Below are positions 11,972 to 24,967 of a stretch of 64,000 nt of DNA, in pieces. The DNA is taken from contig OZ059900.1 in the NCBI GenBank assembly GCA_964057225.1, forward strand, positions 24,118,001 to 24,182,000, written 5' to 3'. Each line of letters starts with the position of its first letter. Position 1 is the first letter of the stretch. The notes under the pieces were generated by a model, which did not search any database, was not told the origin of the DNA, and was given only the letters and a program-made list of their open reading frames with translations. This stretch comes from Auanema rhodensis. Its lineage: Eukaryota; Animalia; Nematoda. The position numbers and the translations under genes were made by a program.

Positions 11972-14709
11972 TATGGCTAATATTGATTAAATCGATTTTT
12001 GTTCATATGAGTCGTCAAATGCAACGAATTTCAGCGTGTTACATACTAAAATGAAGCATTTTACATGCTGAACACTAGAAAAATACAAAAACACAGTATT
12101 TCCCATGAGAAATATTTTATCATGCTGGAAAACCAGTTTTTGGAAATTTCGCTGTAAACAAGGTTTTGACTTACGATTTCATGTGTTCAAACTCATGCAA
12201 TGTCAATGAAACCTAGCTCAAAATTGTTTGTACAACGTCTAGTTCCACTTTCACGACAAAAAAACAAGGGTTAGATAAATTAAGGAAATTAGCATATTCT
12301 GAGGGCACGCCCCTTATGGCTAATATTGATTAAATCGATTTTTGTTCATATGAGTCGTCAAATGCAACGAATTTCAGCGTGTTACATACTAAAATGAAGC
12401 ATTTTACATGCTGAACACTAGAAAAATACAAAAACACAGTATTTCCCATGAGAAATATTTTATTATGCTGGAAAACCAGTTTTTGGAAATTTCGCTGTAA
12501 ACAAGGTTTTGACTTACGATTTCATGTGTTCAAACTCATGCAATGTCAATGAAACCTAGCTCAAAATTGTTCGTACAACGTCTAGTTCCACTTTCACGAC
12601 AAAAAAACAGGGGTTAGAAAATTAAGGAAATTAGCATATTCTGAGGGCACGCCCCTTATGGCTAATATTGATTAAATCGATTTTTGTTCATATGAGTCGT
12701 CAAATGCAACGAATTTCAGCGTGTTACACACTAAAATGAAACATTTCACATGCTGAACACTAGAAGAATACAAAAACACAGTATTTCCCATGAGAAATAT
12801 TTTATTATGCTGGAAAACCAGTTTTTCGAAATTTCGCTGTAAACAAGGTTTTGACTTACGATTTCATGTGTTCAAACTCATGCAATGTCAATGAAACCTA
12901 GCTCAAAATTGTTCGTACAACGTCTAGTTCCACTTTCACGACAAAAAAACAAGGGTTAGAAAATTAAGGAAATTAGCATATTCTGAGGGCACGCCCCTTA
13001 TGGCTAATATTGATTAAATCGATTTTTGTTCATATGAGTCGTCAAATGCAACGAATTTCAGCGTGTTACATACTAAAATGAAGCATTTTACATGCTGAAG
13101 ACTAGAAAAATACAAAAACACAGTATTTCCCATGAGAAATATTTTATTATGCTGGAAAACCAGTTTTTGGAAATTTCGCTGTAAACAAGGTTTTGACTTA
13201 CGATTTCATGTGTTCAAACTCATGCAATGTCAATGAAACCTAGCTCAAAATTGTTCGTACAACGTCTAGTTCCACTTTCACGACAAAAAAACAGGGGTTA
13301 GAAAATTAAGGAAATTAGCATATTCTGAGGGCACGCCCCTTATGGCTAATATTGATTAAATCGATTTTTGTTCATATGAGTCGTCAAATGCAACGAATTT
13401 CAGCGTGTTACATACTAAAATGAAGCATTTTACATGCTGAACACTAGAAAAATACAAAAACACAGTATTTCCCATGAGAAATATTTTATCATGCTGGAAA
13501 ACCAGTTTTTGGAAATTTCGCTGTAAACAAGGTTTTGACTTACGATTTCATGTGTTCAAACTCATGCAATGTCAATGAAACCTAGCTCAAAATTGTTTGT
13601 ACAACGTCTAGTTCCACTTTCACGACAAAAAAACAAGGGTTAGATAAATTAAGGAAATTAGCATATTCTGAGGGCACGCCCCTTATGGCTAATATTGATT
13701 AAATCGATTTTTGTTCATATGAGTCGTCAAATGCAACGAATTTCAGCGTGTTACATACTAAAATGAAGCATTTTACATGCTGAACACTAGAAAAATACAA
13801 AAACACAGTATTTCCCATGAGAAATATTTTATTATGCTGGAAAACCAGTTTTTGGAAATTTCGCTGTAAACAAGGTTTTGACTTACGATTTCATGTGTTC
13901 AAACTCATGCAATGTCAATGAAACCTAGCTCAAAATTGTTCGTACAACGTCTAGTTCCACTTTCACGACAAAAAAACAGGGGTTAGAAAATTAAGGAAAT
14001 TAGCATATTCTGAGGGCACGCCCCTTATGGCTAATATTGATTAAATCGATTTTTGTTCATATGAGTCGTCAAATGCAACGAATTTCAGCGTGTTACACAC
14101 TAAAATGAAACATTTCACATGCTGAACACTAGAAGAATACAAAAACACAGTATTTCCCATGAGAAATATTTTATTATGCTGGAAAACCAGTTTTTCGAAA
14201 TTTCGCTGTAAACAAGGTTTTGACTTACGATTTCATGTGTTCAAACTCATGCAATGTCAATGAAACCTAGCTCAAAATTGTTCGTACAACGTCTAGTTCC
14301 ACTTTCACGACAAAAAAACAAGGGTTAGAAAATTAAGGAAATTAGCATATTCTGAGGGCACGCCCCTTATGGCTAATATTGATTAAATCGATTTTTGTTC
14401 ATATGAGTCGTCAAATGCAACGAATTTCAGCGTGTTACATACTAAAATGAAGCATTTTACATGCTGAAGACTAGAAAAATACAAAAACACAGTATTTCCC
14501 ATGAGAAATATTTTATTATGCTGGAAAACCAGTTTTTGGAAATTTCGCTGTAAACAAGGTTTTGACTTACGATTTCATGTGTTCAAACTCATGCAATGTC
14601 AATGAAACCTAGCTCAAAATTGTTCGTACAACGTCTAGTTCCACTTTCACGACAAAAAAACAGGGGTTAGAAAATTAAGGAAATTAGCATATTCTGAGGG
14701 CACGCCCCT
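11972..14709 (+). repeat. 4-monomer (1369 bp) higher-order duplication, M36-39 / M40-43
   Basis: Shared T insertion (12276 and 13645), G85A (M38/M42) and C102G (M39/M43). Confidence 0.93.
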
Positions 14710-17700
14710 TATGGCTAATATTGATTAAATCGATTTTTGTTCATATGAGTCGTCAAATGCAACGAATTTCAGCGTGTTACATACTAAAATGAAGCATTTT
14801 ACATGCTGAACACTAGAAGAATACAAAAACACAGTATTTCCCATGAGAAATATTTTATTATGCTGGAAAACCAGTTTGTGGAAATTTCGCTGTAAACAAG
14901 GTTTTGACTTACGATTTCATGTGTTCAAACTCATGCAATGTCAATGAAACCTAGCTCAAAATTGTTCGTACAACGTCTAGTTCCACTTTCACGACAAAAA
15001 AACAGGGGTTAGAAAATTAAGGAAATTAGCATATTCTGAGGGCACGCCCCTTATGGCTAATATTGATTAAATCGATTTTTGTTCATATGAGTCGTCAAAT
15101 GCAACGAATTTCAGCGTGTTACATACTAAAATGAAGCATTTTACATGCTGAAGACTAGAAAAATACAAAAACACAGTATTTCCCATGAGAAATATTCTAT
15201 TATGCTGGAAAACCAGTTTTTGGAAATTTCGCTGTAAACAAGGTTTTGACTTACGATTTCATGTGTTCAAACTCATGCAATGTCAATGAAACCTAGCTCA
15301 AAATTGTTCGTACAACGTCTAGTTCCACTTTCACGACAAAAAAACAGGGGTTAGAAAATTAAGGAAATTAGCATATTCTGAGGGCACGCCCCTTATGGCT
15401 AATATTGATTAAATCGATTTTTGTTCATATGAGTCGTCAAATGCAACGAATTTCAGCGTGTTACATACTAAAATGAAGCATTTTACATGCTGAACACTAG
15501 AAGAATACAAAAACACAGTATTTCCCATGAGAAATATTTTATTATGCTGGAAAACCAGTTTGTGGAAATTTCGCTGTAAACAAGGTTTTGACTTACGATT
15601 TCATGTGTTCAAACTCATGCAATGTCAATGAAACCTAGCTCAAAATTGTTCGTACAACGTCTAGTTCCACTTTCACGACAAAAAAACAGGGGTTAGAAAA
15701 TTAAGGAAATTAGCATATTCTGAGGGCACGCCCCTTATGGCTAATATTGATTAAATCGATTTTTGTTCATATGAGTCGTCAAATGCAACGAATTTCAGCG
15801 TGTTACATACTAAAATGAAGCATTTTACATGCTGAACACTAGAAAAATACAAAAACACAGTATTTCCCATGAGAAATATTTTATCATGCTGGAAAACCAG
15901 TTTTTGGAAATTTCGCTGTAAACAAGGTTTTGACTTACGATTTCATGTGTTCAAACTCATGCAATGTCAATGAAACCTAGCTCAAAATTGTTTGTACAAC
16001 GTCTAGTTCCACTTTCACGACAAAAAAACAAGGGTTAGAAAATTAAGGAAATTAGCATATTCTGAGGGCACGCCCCTTATGGCTAATATTGATTAAATCG
16101 ATTTTTGTTCATATGAGTCGTCAAATGCAACGAATTTCAGCGTGTTACATACTTAAATGAAGCATTTTACATGCTGAACACTAGAAAAATACAAAAACAC
16201 AGTATTTCCCATGAGAAATATTTTATTATGCTGGAAAACCAGTTTTTGGAAATTTCGCTGTAAACAAGGTTTTGACTTACGATTTCATGTGTTCAAACTC
16301 ATGCAATGTCAATGAAACCTAGCTCAAAATTGTTCGTACAACGTCTAGTTCCACTTTCACGACAAAAAAACAGGGGTTAGAAAATTAAGGAAATTAGCAT
16401 ATTCTGAGGGCACGCCCCTTATGGCTAATATTGATTAAATCGATTTTTGTTCATATGAGTCGTCAAATGCAACGAATTTCAGCGTGTTACACACTAAAAT
16501 GAAGCATTTCACATGCTGAACACTAGAAGAATACAAAAACACAGTATTTCCCATGAGAAATATTTTATTATGCTGGAAAACCAGTTTTTCGAAATTTCGC
16601 TGTAAACAAGGTTTTGACTTACGATTTCATGTGTTCAAACTTATGCAATGTCAATGAAACCTAGCTCAAAATTGTTCGTACAACGTCTAGTTCCACTTTC
16701 ACGACAAAAAAACAGGGGTTAGAAAATTAAGGAAATTAGCATATTCTGAGGGCACGCCCCTTATGGCTAATATTGATTAAATCGATTTTTGTTCATATGA
16801 GTCGTCAAATGCAACGAATTTCAGCGTGTTACAAACTAAAATGAAGCATTTTACATGCTGAACACTAGAAAAATACAAAAACACAGTATTTCCCATTTGA
16901 AATATTTTATCATGCTGGAAAACCAGTTTTTGGAAATTTCGCTGTAAACAAGGTTTTGACTTACGATTTCATGTGTTCAAACTCATGCAATGTCAATGAA
17001 ACCTAGCTCAAAATTGTTCGTACAACGTCTAGTTCCACTTTCACGACAAAAAAACAGGGGTTAGAAAATTAAGGAAATTAGCATATTCTGAGGGCACGCC
17101 CCTTATGGCTAATATTGATTAAATCGATTTTTGTTCATATGAGTCGTCAAATGCAACGAATTTCAGCGTGTTATATACTAAAATGAAGCATTTTACATGC
17201 TGAACACTAGAAAAATACAAAAACACAGTATTTCCCATGAGAAATATTTTATCATGCTGGAAAACCAGTTTTTGGAAATTTCGCTGTAAACAAGGTTTTG
17301 ACTTACGATTTCATGTGTTCAAACTCATGCAATGTCAATGAAACCTAGCTCAAAATTGTTCGTACAACGTCTAGTTCCACTTTCACGACAAAAAAACAGG
17401 GGTTAGAAAATTAAGGAAATTAGCATATTCTGAGGGCACGCCCCTTATGGCTAATATTGATTAAATCGATTTTTGTTCATATGAGTCGTCAAATGCAACG
17501 AATTTCAGCGTGTTACACATTAAAATGAAGCATTTTACATGCTGAACACTAGAAAAATACAAAAACACAGTATTTCCCATGAGAAATATTTTATTATGCT
17601 GGAAAACCAGTTTTTGGAAATTTCGCTGTAAACAAGGTTTTGACTTACGATTTCATGTGTTCAAACTCATGCAATGTCAATGAAACCTAGCTCAAAATTG

Positions 17701-18546
17701 TTCGTACAACGTCTAGTTCCACTTTCACGACAAAAAAACAAGGGTTAGAAAATTAAGGAAATTAGCATATTCTGAGGGCACGCCCCTTATGGCTAATATT
17801 GATTAAATCGATTTTTGTTCATATGAGTCGTCAAATGCAACGAATTTCAGCGTGTTACAAACTAAAATGAAGCATTTTACATGCTGAACACTAGAAAAAT
17901 ACAAAAACACAGTATTTCCCATGAGAAATATTTTATTATGCTGGAAAACCAGTTTTTGGAAATTTCGCTGTAAACAAGGTTTTGACTTACGATTTCATGT
18001 GTTCAAACTCATGCAATGTCAATGAAACCTAGCTCAAAATTGTTCGTACAACGTCTAGTTCCACTTTCACGACAAAAAAACAGGGGTTAGAAAATTAAGG
18101 AAATTAGCATATTCTGAGGGCACGCCCCTTATGGCTAATATTGATTAAATCGATTTTTGTTCATATGAGTCGTCAAATGCAACGAATTTCAGCGTGTTAC
18201 ATACTAAAATGAAGCATTTTACATGCTGAACACTAGAAAAATACAAAAACACAGTATTTCCCATGAGAAATATTTTATCATGCTGGAAAACCAGTTTTTG
18301 GAAATTTCGCTGTAAACAAGGTTTTGACTTACGATTTCATGTGTTCAAACTCATGCAATGTCAATGAAACCTAGCTCAAAATTGTTCGTACAACGTCTAG
18401 TTCCACTTTCACGACAAAAAAACAGGGGTTAGAAAATTAAGGAAATTAGCATATTCTGAGGGCACGCCCCTTATGGCTAATATTGATTAAATCGATTTTT
18501 GTTCATATGAGTCGTCAAATGCAACGAATTTCAGCGTGTTACACAT

Positions 18547-21500
18547 TAAAATGAAGCATTTTACATGCTGAACACTAGAAAAATACAAAAACACAGTATT
18601 TCCCATGAGAAATATTTTATCATGCTGGAAAACTAGTTTTTGGAAATTTCGCTGTAAACAAGGTTTTGACTTACGATTTCATGTGTTCAAACTCATGCAA
18701 TGTCAATGAAACCTAGCTCAAAATTGTTTGTACAACGTCTAGTTCCACTTTCACGACAAAAAAACAGGGGTTAGAAAATTAAGGAAATTAGCATATTCTG
18801 AGGGCACGCCCCTTATGGCTAATATTGATTAAATCGATTTTTGTTCATATGAGTCGTCAAATGCAACGAATTTCAGCGTGTTACAAACTAAAATGAAGCA
18901 TTTTACATGCTGAACACTAGAAAAATACAAAAACACAGTGTTTCCCATGAGAAATATTTTATTATGCTGGAAAACCAGTTTTTGGAAATTTCGCTGTAAA
19001 CAAGGTTTTGACTTACGATTTCATGTGTTCAAACTCATGCAACGTCAATGAAACCTAGCTCAAAATTGTTCGTACAACGTCTAGTTCCACTTTCACGACA
19101 AAAAAACAGGGGTTAGAAAATTAAGGAAATTAGCATATTCTGAGGGCACGCCCCTTATGGCTAATATTGATTAAATCGATTTTTGTTCATATGAGTCGTC
19201 AAATGCAACGAATTTCAGCGTGTTACACACTAAAATGAAGCATTTCACATGCTGAACACTAGAAGAATACAAAAACACAGTTTTTCCATGAGAAATATTT
19301 TATTATGCTGGAAAACCAGTTTTTCGAAATTTCGCTGTAAACAAGGTTTTGACTTACGATTTCATGTGTTCAAACTCATGCAATGTCAATGAAACCTAGC
19401 TCAAAATTGTTCGTACAACGTCTAGTTCCACTTTCACGACAAAAAAGCAAGGGTTAGAAAATTAAGGAAATTAGCATATTCTGAGGGCACGCCCCTTATG
19501 GCTAATATTGATTAAATCGATTTTTGTTCATATGAGTCGTCAAATGCAACGAATTTCAGCGTGTTACATACTAAAATGAAGCATTTTACATGCTGAACAC
19601 TAGAAAAATACAAAAACACAGTATTTCCCATGAGAAATATTTTATTATGCTGGAAAACCAGTTTTTGGAAATTTCGCTGTAAACAAGGTTTTGACTTACG
19701 ATTTCATGTGTTCAAACTCATGCAATGTCAATGAAACCTAGCTCAAAATTGTTTGTACAACGTCTAGTTCCACTTTCACGACAAAAAAACAAGGGTTAGA
19801 AAATTAAGGAAATTAGCATATTCTGAGGGCACGCCCCTTATGGCTAATATTGATTAAATCGATTTTTGTTCATATGAGTCGTCAAATGCAACGAATTTCA
19901 GCGTGTTACATACTAAAATGAAGCATTTTACATGCTGAACACTAGAAGAATACAAAAACACAGTATTTCCCATGAGAAATATTTTATTATGCTGGAAAAC
20001 CAGTTTGTGGAAATTTCGCTGTAAACAAGGTTTTGACTTACGATTTCATGTGTTCAAACTCATGCAATGTCAATGAAACCTAGCTCAAAATTGTTCGTAC
20101 AACGTCTAGTTCCACTTTCACGACAAAAAAACAGGGGTTAGAAAATTAAGGAAATTAGCATATTCTGAGGGCACGCCCCTTATGGCTAATATTGATTAAA
20201 TCGATTTTTGTTCATATGAGTCGTCAAATGCAACGAATTTCAGCGTGTTACATACTAAAATGAAGCATTTTACATGCTGAACACTAGAAAAATACAAAAA
20301 CACAGTATTTCCCATGAGAAATATTTTATCATGCTGGAAAACCAGTTTTTGGAAATTTCGCTGTAAACAAGGTTTTGACTTACGATTTCATGTGTTCAAA
20401 CTCATGCAATGTCAATGAAACCTAGCTCAAAATTGTTTGTACAACGTCTAGTTCCACTTTCACGACAAAAAAACAAGGGTTAGAAAATTAAGGAAATTAG
20501 CATATTCTGAGGGCACGCCCCTTATGGCTAATATTGATTAAATCGATTTTTGTTCATATGAGTCGTCAAATGCAACGAATTTCAGCGTGTTACATACTAA
20601 AATGAAGCATTTTACATGCTGAACACTAGAAAAATACAAAAACACAGTATTTCCCATGAGAAATATTTTATTATGCTGGAAAACCAGTTTTTGGAAATTT
20701 CGCTGTAAACAAGGTTTTGACTTACGATTTCATGTGTTCAAACTCATGCAATGTCAATGAAACCTAGCTCAAAATTGTTCGTACAACGTCTAGTTCCACT
20801 TTCACGACAAAAAAACAGGGGTTAGAAAATTAAGGAAATTAGCATATTCTGAGGGCACGCCCCTTATGGCTAATATTGATTAAATCGATTTTTGTTCATA
20901 TGAGTCGTCAAATGCAACGAATTTCAGCGTGTTACACACTAAAATGAAGCATTTCACATGCTGAACACTAGAAGAATACAAAAACACAGTATTTCCCATG
21001 AGAAATATTTTATTATGCTGGAAAACCAGTTTTTCGAAATTTCGCTGTAAACAAGGTTTTGACTTACGATTTCATGTGTTCAAACTCATGCAATGTCAAT
21101 GAAACCTAGCTCAAAATTGTTCGTACAACGTCTAGTTCCACTTTCACGACAAAAAAACAGGGGTTAGAAAATTAAGGAAATTAGCATATTCTGAGGGCAC
21201 GCCCCTTATGGCTAATATTGATTAAATCGATTTTTGTTCATATGAGTCGTCAAATGCAACGAATTTCAGCGTGTTACATACTAAAATGAAGCATTTTACA
21301 TGCTGAACACTAGAAAAATACAAAAACACAGTATTTCCCATGAGAAATATTTTATCATGCTGGAAAACCAGTTTTTGGAAATTTCGCTGTAAACAAGGTT
21401 TTGACTTACGATTTCATGTGTTCAAACTCATGCAATGTCAATGAAACCTAGCTCAAAATTGTTTGTACAACGTCTAGTTCCACTTTCACGACAAAAAAAC

Positions 21501-24500
21501 AAGGGTTAGAAAATTAAGGAAATTAGCATATTCTGAGGGCACGCCCCTTATGGCTAATATTGATTAATTCGATTTTTGTTCATATGAGTCGTCAAATGCA
21601 ACGAATTTCAGCGTGTTACATACTAAAATGAAGCATTTTACATGCTGAACACTAGAAAAATACAAAAACACAGTATTTCCCATGAGAAATATTTTATCAT
21701 GCTGGAAAACTAGTTTTTGGAAATTTCGCTGTAAACAAGGTTTTGACTTACGATTTCATGTGTTCAAACTCATGCAATGTCAATGAAACCTAGCTCAAAA
21801 TTGTTTGTACAACGTCTAGTTCCACTTTCACGACAAAAAAACAGGGGTTAGAAAATTAAGGAAATTAGCATATTCTGAGGGCACGCCCCTTATGGCTAAT
21901 ATTGATTAAATCGATTTTTGTTCATATGAGTCGTCAAATGCAACGAATTTCAGCGTGTTACAAACTAAAATGAAGCATTTTACATGCTGAACACTAGAAA
22001 AATACAAAAACACAGTGTTTCCCATGAGAAATATTTTATTATGCTGGAAAACCAGTTTTTGGAAATTTCGCTGTAAACAAGGTTTTGACTTACGATTTCA
22101 TGTGTTCAAACTCATGCAACGTCAATGAAACCTAGCTCAAAATTGTTCGTACAACGTCTAGTTCCACTTTCACGACAAAAAAACAGGGGTTAGAAAATTA
22201 AGGAAATTAGCATATTCTGAGGGCACGCCCCTTATGGCTAATATTGATTAAATCGATTTTTGTTCATATGAGTCGTCAAATGCAACGAATTTCAGCGTGT
22301 TACACACTAAAATGAAGCATTTCACATGCTGAACACTAGAAGAATACAAAAACACAGTTTTTCCATGAGAAATATTTTATTATGCTGGAAAACCAGTTTT
22401 TCGAAATTTCGCTGTAAACAAGGTTTTGACTTACGATTTCATGTGTTCAAACTCATGCAATGTCAATGAAACCTAGCTCAAAATTGTTCGTACAACGTCT
22501 AGTTCCACTTTCACGACAAAAAAGCAAGGGTTAGAAAATTAAGGAAATTAGCATATTCTGAGGGCACGCCCCTTATGGCTAATATTGATTAAATCGATTT
22601 TTGTTCATATGAGTCGTCAAATGCAACGAATTTCAGCGTGTTACATACTAAAATGAAGCATTTTACATGCTGAACACTAGAAAAATACAAAAACACAGTA
22701 TTTCCCATGAGAAATATTTTATTATGCTGGAAAACCAGTTTTTGGAAATTTCGCTGTAAACAAGGTTTTGACTTACGATTTCATGTGTTCAAACTCATGC
22801 AATGTCAATGAAACCTAGCTCAAAATTGTTTGTACAACGTCTAGTTCCACTTTCACGACAAAAAAACAAGGGTTAGAAAATTAAGGAAATTAGCATATTC
22901 TGAGGGCACGCCCCTTATGGCTAATATTGATTAAATCGATTTTTGTTCATATGAGTCGTCAAATGCAACGAATTTCAGCGTGTTACATACTAAAATGAAG
23001 CATTTTACATGCTGAACACTAGAAGAATACAAAAACACAGTATTTCCCATGAGAAATATTTTATTATGCTGGAAAACCAGTTTGTGGAAATTTCGCTGTA
23101 AACAAGGTTTTGACTTACGATTTCATGTGTTCAAACTCATGCAATGTCAATGAAACCTAGCTCAAAATTGTTCGTACAACGTCTAGTTCCACTTTCACGA
23201 CAAAAAAACAGGGGTTAGAAAATTAAGGAAATTAGCATATTCTGAGGGCACGCCCCTTATGGCTAATATTGATTAAATCGATTTTTGTTCATATGAGTCG
23301 TCAAATGCAACGAATTTCAGCGTGTTACATACTAAAATGAAGCATTTTACATGCTGAACACTAGAAAAATACAAAAACACAGTATTTCCCATGAGAAATA
23401 TTTTATCATGCTGGAAAACCAGTTTTTGGAAATTTCGCTGTAAACAAGGTTTTGACTTACGATTTCATGTGTTCAAACTCATGCAATGTCAATGAAACCT
23501 AGCTCAAAATTGTTTGTACAACGTCTAGTTCCACTTTCACGACAAAAAAACAAGGGTTAGAAAATTAAGGAAATTAGCATATTCTGAGGGCACGCCCCTT
23601 ATGGCTAATATTGATTAAATCGATTTTTGTTCATATGAGTCGTCAAATGCAACGAATTTCAGCGTGTTACATACTAAAATGAAGCATTTTACATGCTGAA
23701 CACTAGAAAAATACAAAAACACAGTATTTCCCATGAGAAATATTTTATTATGCTGGAAAACCAGTTTTTGGAAATTTCGCTGTAAACAAGGTTTTGACTT
23801 ACGATTTCATGTGTTCAAACTCATGCAATGTCAATGAAACCTAGCTCAAAATTGTTCGTACAACGTCTAGTTCCACTTTCACGACAAAAAAACAGGGGTT
23901 AGAAAATTAAGGAAATTAGCATATTCTGAGGGCACGCCCCTTATGGCTAATATTGATTAAATCGATTTTTGTTCATATGAGTCGTCAAATGCAACGAATT
24001 TCAGCGTGTTACACACTAAAATGAAGCATTTCACATGCTGAACACTAGAAGAATACAAAAACACAGTATTTCCCATGAGAAATATTTTATTATGCTGGAA
24101 AACCAGTTTTTCGAAATTTCGCTGTAAACAAGGTTTTGACTTACGATTTCATGTGTTCAAACTCATGCAATGTCAATGAAACCTAGCTCAAAATTGTTCG
24201 TACAACGTCTAGTTCCACTTTCACGACAAAAAAACAGGGGTTAGAAAATTAAGGAAATTAGCATATTCTGAGGGCACGCCCCTTATGGCTAATATTGATT
24301 AAATCGATTTTTGTTCATATGAGTCGTCAAATGCAACGAATTTCAGCGTGTTACATACTAAAATGAAGCATTTTACATGCTGAACACTAGAAAAATACAA
24401 AAACACAGTATTTCCCATGAGAAATATTTTATCATGCTGGAAAACCAGTTTTTGGAAATTTCGCTGTAAACAAGGTTTTGACTTACGATTTCATGTGTTC

Positions 24501-24775
24501 AAACTCATGCAATGTCAATGAAACCTAGCTCAAAATTGTTTGTACAACGTCTAGTTCCACTTTCACGACAAAAAAACAAGGGTTAGAAAATTAAGGAAAT
24601 TAGCATATTCTGAGGGCACGCCCCTTATGGCTAATATTGATTAATTCGATTTTTGTTCATATGAGTCGTCAAATGCAACGAATTTCAGCGTGTTACATAC
24701 TAAAATGAAGCATTTTACATGCTGAACACTAGAAAAATACAAAAACACAGTATTTCCCATGAGAAATATTTTATT
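18547..24775 (+). repeat. 9-monomer (3077 bp) higher-order duplication, M55-64 / M64-73
   Basis: Shared C163T (M55/M64), 1-bp deletion plus AAAAGCAAG (M57/M66), T169G (M59/M68) and A20T (M64/M73). Confidence 0.93.
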
Positions 24776-24967
24776 ATGCTGGAAAACCAGTTTTTGGAAA
24801 TTTCGCTGTAAACAAGGTTTTGACTTACGATTTCATGTGTTCAAACTCATGCAATGTCAATGAAACCTAGCTCAAAATTGTTCGTACAACGTCTAGTTCC
24901 ACTTTCACGACAAAAAAACAGGGGTTAGAAAATTAAGGAAATTAGCATATTCTGAGGGCACGCCCCT

